Virus record (IMG/VR): IMGVR_UViG_3300020191_000954
Strand: one strand, 5' to 3'
DNA from: an uncultured virus (IMG/VR IMGVR_UViG_3300020191_000954)
Lineage: Duplodnaviria > Heunggongvirae > Uroviricota > Caudoviricetes
Length of the DNA: 64,000 nt
Numbering within the stretch: the stretch's first letter is position 1; every line of letters begins with the position of its first letter. Under the pieces are notes generated by a model. That model searched no databases. It saw nothing but the letters and a program-made list of their open reading frames with translations, and was not told the DNA's origin. The translations under genes were made by a program, and so were the position numbers. Shown here in pieces: positions 59,467-64,000 of this stretch.

Positions 59467-60511
59467 CAAACGGTGTCTTTTTAATCTTAATTTCTTTAAC
59501 TTCGTTTTTCCAATATGGAGTATTTTTACTAGTTGCAGTATAGTGAAGTTCTAAAAACTTTTCAATATGCGTTACAACCTTTCTCCATTGTGCGTTATAG
59601 ATTTTTTGCTTGTTATAAAGTCTTACTAGCATTTCTACTTGGTATTGTATTAACCATATTGCTTGTGCTTCTAATGGTTCTAAAAATCCTGCACTTAAAC
59701 CTACATTTAGAATATTACCTTGATAAGGAGTATCACTATATTGTCCTGTCCACTCAATTACTCTTAACTTATCTAATTCTAGTTTATACGGACAAGTATC
59801 TATGAACTCTTGTTTTGCATCTTCTATTGTTTGGTAGTCTTTATTAAATACATATCCATTACCTATTCTATTTTGTAAATAGATATTCCACATCCATCCT
59901 GCACTCATAGCAGTAGTTTCTGTATAATACTTTAGTTCAGTATCATAACTAGGTGCTACTACTGCACAGTTATTTTTAAGACTAGATTTAATCATATTAG
60001 TTTCAGGAAATAGTTTATTAAATCCTGCACAATTAATAATTAAATCTGCGTCAATATCATCTATAGTGTCTAATGTTTTGTTTATTAGTTTAACGCCATT
60101 AGGTAATGCTACTTTATCTCTAAGCATTATTCCAAACTTGTTAGCATCAATATGATATGCGTGGCGCCATTTTTTATCTGGCATTTCATAATTTATCATC
60201 CAACGCATTTGTTCGTCATGTTCTGATTCATTAAAACAAAAATGATGATACCAACTATCACCGTGCCAATTTTTGTGTTTAATTGTATACTTGCGTACAG
60301 CATCACAATCATCAAACAGATCTTGTTCAGTTAATCCACACTCTTGAATAAAATCGTATATACTTGGAAGTGTGCTTTCGCCTACTCCAATGATAGGGAT
60401 ATCTTGACTTTGAATAAGTGTAATGTCCCAATCGGTTTTTTTAGAAAGATAAGCGGCAGTCATCCATCCAGATGTACCACCGCCTACTATAACAATTTTT
60501 TGTTTAGACAT
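59396..60511 (-). CDS. Flavin-dependent (tryptophan-halogenase-like) enzyme
   Basis: GGGTSGW, GVGEST, DAVRK (candidate catalytic Lys), WMWNI and FLEPLEA motifs; start moved to ATG 60511. Confidence 0.85.
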   Translation of the reverse strand: MSKQKIVIVGGGTSGWMTAAYLSKKTDWDITLIQSQDIPIIGVGESTLPSIYDFIQECGLTEQDLFDDCDAVRKYTIKHKNWHGDSWYHHFCFNESEHDEQMRWMINYEMPDKKWRHAYHIDANKFGIMLRDKVALPNGVKLINKTLDTIDDIDADLIINCAGFNKLFPETNMIKSSLKNNCAVVAPSYDTELKYYTETTAMSAGWMWNIYLQNRIGNGYVFNKDYQTIEDAKQEFIDTCPYKLELDKLRVIEWTGQYSDTPYQGNILNVGLSAGFLEPLEAQAIWLIQYQVEMLVRLYNKQKIYNAQWRKVVTHIEKFLELHYTATSKNTPYWKNEVKEIKIKKTPFAIFDEYSYRCLAKGYALPYTLEH

Positions 60512-60827
60512 GTTTATCAATAAATTGTTTGATTTGTTCTTTTGAACTGTCACCATATAATGTTCCTAATACAGTTGTACTTGAATCAGTGTGTTCAAAT
60601 ACTTTAACGCAGGGAACCCCGTGTACTGTGAATCTGTTGTATGTAGAGGGATTAGGATCTACTTCTGATTGTGCAAAGTTAACTTCACTATAGCTAGATT
60701 CTAGTTGTGCAAAGTTAGTTTGAAACTGACTGCTAGGGCCGTTCCAGTTAGCATAGAACAACATCACACACCGACCACGTGTAGTATCTAAGTACTCGTT
60801 AAAGTTTGTATCTGTAACTTCTTTCAT
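60504..60827 (-). CDS. Thioredoxin-fold protein lacking CxxC
   Basis: EVTDTNF...FYANWNGPS...VHGVP; WNGPS replaces WCGPC. Confidence 0.75.
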   Translation of the reverse strand: MKEVTDTNFNEYLDTTRGRCVMLFYANWNGPSSQFQTNFAQLESSYSEVNFAQSEVDPNPSTYNRFTVHGVPCVKVFEHTDSSTTVLGTLYGDSSKEQIKQFIDKHV

Positions 60828-60835
60828 ACTAGTGT

Positions 60836-61552
60836 CTAACTTCCTTTTATATTTGGCTTTTCCCAGACTTTTTCAACCTGTGAAGTTTTTATACTGAAAT
60901 AGATATGTATTCTATCTGTGTCGCCATAATTTACAACATCATGAGGTTGTGTACTATTAATAATATAACACCCGTCAGTTGGCATTAAGAACGGAGTTCC
61001 GCCTATTGTCCAATTGGTTTTATCATTAGTGTATAAAGGTAAATGTACTGTAAGCCATTGTGGCTCATCTTGATGCATACCTAAGCGTGTTCCTGGTGTA
61101 TGTTTTACTACTACCCATTCAAATGCATCTTTATCTAATCCCATATCAATTAGTGCATTGTGTATATCTAACAAATAACCAAATAACTGTTCTTCTTTAA
61201 TACTATATAACCCACACCCTTGTCCATATACACAACCCCAACTGTTAGGTTCTGTAGTTTCTCCTTGGTAGAGAAATTCAGTATCTGAATATTTTTCTAA
61301 AAATTGTTTATACCAATCACGGGCTTTCTCTAGATCAAACTCAAACCATTTATGCATTTGAAATCCTAGATCATGGTATGGATATATTTCACTTACACGA
61401 TTAAAACTAGGAGCAAAGGTTTCTCTGCCTTGAGCGTTTTTAAAATGGCATCTATCTGGATTATTCTTTTTATCGTAGTCTACATATTCGTGATAGTCAG
61501 CGAACATTTTTCCTGTGGCGTCTTGGCAGGGCGTATCGTTAAAACGCTCCAT
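60836..61552 (-). CDS. Asp/Asn beta-hydroxylase-like 2OG-Fe(II) dioxygenase
   Basis: HQD...HLPL...PHDVVNYGDTDRIH. Confidence 0.75.
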   Translation of the reverse strand: MERFNDTPCQDATGKMFADYHEYVDYDKKNNPDRCHFKNAQGRETFAPSFNRVSEIYPYHDLGFQMHKWFEFDLEKARDWYKQFLEKYSDTEFLYQGETTEPNSWGCVYGQGCGLYSIKEEQLFGYLLDIHNALIDMGLDKDAFEWVVVKHTPGTRLGMHQDEPQWLTVHLPLYTNDKTNWTIGGTPFLMPTDGCYIINSTQPHDVVNYGDTDRIHIYFSIKTSQVEKVWEKPNIKGS

Positions 61553-61557
61553 AACAA

Positions 61558-62805
61558 TTAACTAGAATAAGTTTCTAGGCTTAAATTAACTGGAATAAGT
61601 TTTGATGTTTTAGAATTAAGATCTACAATAGCCATATCACTACCTAACCCTGCATCACTAAAATCAAACTTGTAAGGTGCCAACATTGTAACACTATCAG
61701 TATCATTAATTGATCCTGAAGTAATATTTGCAGTACCTAAGTCCATAACTTCGTTAATTGCAGTTCCTTCAACTTTAAAAACTTTAGTTGTTGGATTTAC
61801 CATGCTTGGATTTTGTATTGATGGAAACAAGTAAACGTCTCCAGCATTAATAACTGGTTTACTACCTAGTGACTCATTAGTTGCAAAGCTATCAATAGCA
61901 AGTGTATCTAAGTTTAATGATACAAACTCTTTACAGCCTTCCCAACAAGTATGTGTTAATAATGTGTTACCGTTCATAGTTCCGTATTTGAAACCCATTT
62001 GTCCACCCATGTCATCTGTGCTAGATGAATCATAAGCAACTGATTGAACTGTATCACCGTCATATACCCAGAAGTTAAATTCTGTAGTACCGTCCATAAT
62101 TAATGGAGCACCAACTGCTTTAGTTCCGTTTGTATTAACATGATAAAATGCACCGTTAGTTGGAGCTTCATGTGCAGTAATTGTATTTGTTTCCATGTCT
62201 AATGTTAACAACTTGTTAGTTGTTTTACCATATGGAAAAAATACAACTTCATTTAAATCTTCTACGTACACACTATGAATAGAAGCAAACTTTTCTTCTG
62301 TTTCGTGTACAGTAAATGTATTAGCAACAGTATCAAACACAATAATCATTCCACTCATAATTGGTGGATAAACAATTTTAGTACCAACTGTAATTGGGCG
62401 ACCAAAGTTAAAGTGTCCACAGAATGTTTTAGGAGTTTCTGAGCCGTGTACTGTAACACCTTTTTCTTCAATCATTGTAACTTCATTAGTATCTAAGTTT
62501 ACAGCCGCTACTCTAATAATGCTGTCTACTTTGTCTTTTTGTGTACGCATTACATATGCTGTATTACCTACAACTGCAATACCTCGGTATCTGTCACCGT
62601 TATCACTTTTATCAAAAAAGTCTACAAATGTAGTACTATCTGCATTTACTCTAAGCAATCCTGCTCTTGCACCTGCATCTTTGTTAAAATCTCTTGTTTC
62701 TTCGCCTTCGTGACGTGCTTTTCCGTTAGTGATTACTGACAAAAATTCACCATTTCCTAAGTGGTATGGTTCGTCTAATACCTGTGTAAAATATGTGTTG
62801 CTCAT
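61558..62805 (-). CDS. Beta-propeller-like protein
   Basis: Repeated short beta-strand units; AGGAG RBS; minus-strand GATAAATA at 62825-62832. Confidence 0.55.
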   Translation of the reverse strand: MSNTYFTQVLDEPYHLGNGEFLSVITNGKARHEGEETRDFNKDAGARAGLLRVNADSTTFVDFFDKSDNGDRYRGIAVVGNTAYVMRTQKDKVDSIIRVAAVNLDTNEVTMIEEKGVTVHGSETPKTFCGHFNFGRPITVGTKIVYPPIMSGMIIVFDTVANTFTVHETEEKFASIHSVYVEDLNEVVFFPYGKTTNKLLTLDMETNTITAHEAPTNGAFYHVNTNGTKAVGAPLIMDGTTEFNFWVYDGDTVQSVAYDSSSTDDMGGQMGFKYGTMNGNTLLTHTCWEGCKEFVSLNLDTLAIDSFATNESLGSKPVINAGDVYLFPSIQNPSMVNPTTKVFKVEGTAINEVMDLGTANITSGSINDTDSVTMLAPYKFDFSDAGLGSDMAIVDLNSKTSKLIPVNLSLETYSS

Positions 62806-62823
62806 TATTATCTCCTGTTACTG

Positions 62824-63552
62824 TTATTTATCTGCTATATTGCAGTTTATTAATAAAAGCGATTGCATAAAATCGTCATCAACTCTGGACAATAAGTGTA
62901 CTCGCTCTGTACTTCCGTTATTTTCTGTACCATGTGGAACTAGGGTATTAATTATATATCCTTTGCCCAATTCCATGTGATATGTTCGTTCTCTGTTTTC
63001 GCCAAAAGTAAAAACAGCATCTTTATTTGTATAAAATGGAACATGTAGTTTTCTAGTTTTTCCGTCAGTATGTGTATTAACTTTAAGTCCACTAGGGTGT
63101 AATGCTATTAACATCTGTCTTAATGATTGCAAAGATAGTGTTTCTAACATTTTGTTTAAGATACCAAATTTATAAACTTGCATTGGTACACAATCATAAT
63201 AGAATTTTTCTTCATCTAAATTTTGTAATTCAGGATACATATCAATGTTAGCTTGTGATTTACTTGGACATGGAATATCTCGCTCTATTGGCCAACTAAC
63301 ACTCCAACCTTGTACGTTTCCTTGATAATTTCCAACTGCATTTTCTTTTTGAAATCTATCATATATTTCAGGACGTAGATATTCTTTAGAATTAAAACTA
63401 AAGCATAAATTTTGTAATCGTGTTTTTAATTGTGTATAATAGAATTCTAAATCATCTTTATTAATGCTAAAGTCTAATTCAATTATATCCCATTCGAGAC
63501 TATTAAATAATGCATCAACATCTGTTATATCTTTAGCAGTTAATAATCTCAT
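62824..63552 (-). CDS. Asp/Asn beta-hydroxylase-like 2OG-Fe(II) dioxygenase
   Basis: HTD...LHVP...PHGTENNGSTERVH. Confidence 0.75.
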   Translation of the reverse strand: MRLLTAKDITDVDALFNSLEWDIIELDFSINKDDLEFYYTQLKTRLQNLCFSFNSKEYLRPEIYDRFQKENAVGNYQGNVQGWSVSWPIERDIPCPSKSQANIDMYPELQNLDEEKFYYDCVPMQVYKFGILNKMLETLSLQSLRQMLIALHPSGLKVNTHTDGKTRKLHVPFYTNKDAVFTFGENRERTYHMELGKGYIINTLVPHGTENNGSTERVHLLSRVDDDFMQSLLLINCNIADK

Positions 63553-64000
63553 ATGTAATGTTCAGCAGGTACTTTAAAAAATAAATGTACTCTATCTGTT
63601 TCTCCGTTATTAATAGTACCGTGTGGGCGTCTAGTATTTATTAGATATGCTTTTCCAATAACTAACGAATATTTTTTATCACCAAATACAAAACATGCAT
63701 CAGGGTTACTTAGTATAGGAATATGTATTTTAAGATATCTATCAGTGTCGGTGTGCTGTGCTATTTCAGTTCCGGGTGGATGGCCGCTAATACTAAACTG
63801 TCTTGCTTGAGGAAATTTTACTTTAAGTCTATTAATTACACCGTATACTAATTCAGTATCTCTATAATCATCGCTACCTTCCTTGTGTACATTCCAAGGT
63901 GGACAAGGTATTGTTAAGTCGTCTAAATTACTTTGTATACCCCAACCGTATACACCATCAGTTTTATGTTTTTCACTATTAACAGTATCAGCTACATTAG
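63549..64000 (-). CDS. Asp/Asn beta-hydroxylase-like dioxygenase, truncated by the window edge and not in the ORF track
   Basis: Manual translation: ...QHTDTDRYLKIHIP...INTRRPHGTINNGETDRVHLFFKVPAEHYI*; ATGA-coupled to the next gene. Confidence 0.75.
   Translation of the reverse strand, partial: NVADTVNSEKHKTDGVYGWGIQSNLDDLTIPCPPWNVHKEGSDDYRDTELVYGVINRLKVKFPQARQFSISGHPPGTEIAQHTDTDRYLKIHIPILSNPDACFVFGDKKYSLVIGKAYLINTRRPHGTINNGETDRVHLFFKVPAEHYI

Noticed and set aside
223..62980. Many short antisense or alternate-frame ORFs in the track (e.g. 4699-5154, 22849-23247, 39156-39560, 48306-48809)
   Set aside because: They lie within well-supported genes, lack RBS or motifs, and look like shadow ORFs
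1..64000. tRNA/rRNA genes, integrase or transposase, alternative genetic code
   Set aside because: Intergenic gaps are short with no cloverleaf seen, no mobile-element motifs were found, and conserved genes are intact under the standard code

Overview
This is a 64 kb, AT-rich, gene-dense segment of a large dsDNA tailed (jumbo/T4-like) bacteriophage. A marine origin and an alphaproteobacterial-type host are inferred from the FdxA ferredoxin, PhoH, peptide deformylase and many 2OG-Fe(II) oxygenases. In order, the window holds: virion/baseplate genes with an S8 protease; a stand-alone DnaE fragment; GroES, MazG, clamp loader, ThyX and PhoH; a lysis cassette (GH108 endolysin plus two-component spanin); DnaJ-PDF-ClpA; a block of modular proteins with Glu-ending leaders, probably capsid-internal cargo; PolB, an exonuclease and a probable sliding clamp; a 7-deazaguanine DNA-modification region (DpdA-like, DpdL-like, FolE, QueE, no QueC in the window) interleaved with a glycosyltransferase, PRTase, HIT protein and oxygenases; RNase H; a MoxR-like/vWA pair; a tail fibre; and a tailoring-enzyme cluster (minimal adenylation enzyme, GNAT-like protein, flavin halogenase, Cys-less thioredoxin, three Asp/Asn-hydroxylase-like dioxygenases). 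Non-coding signals read from the DNA include near-consensus sigma70 promoters and a T4-late-like (G)ATAAATA motif, often set up for leaderless mRNAs. There are also twin hairpins before polB, a preQ1-I-like mini-pseudoknot before folE, and apparent avoidance of GCWGC. No tRNA, rRNA or CRISPR array was seen. All family calls come from motif recognition by eye; no database searches were run.
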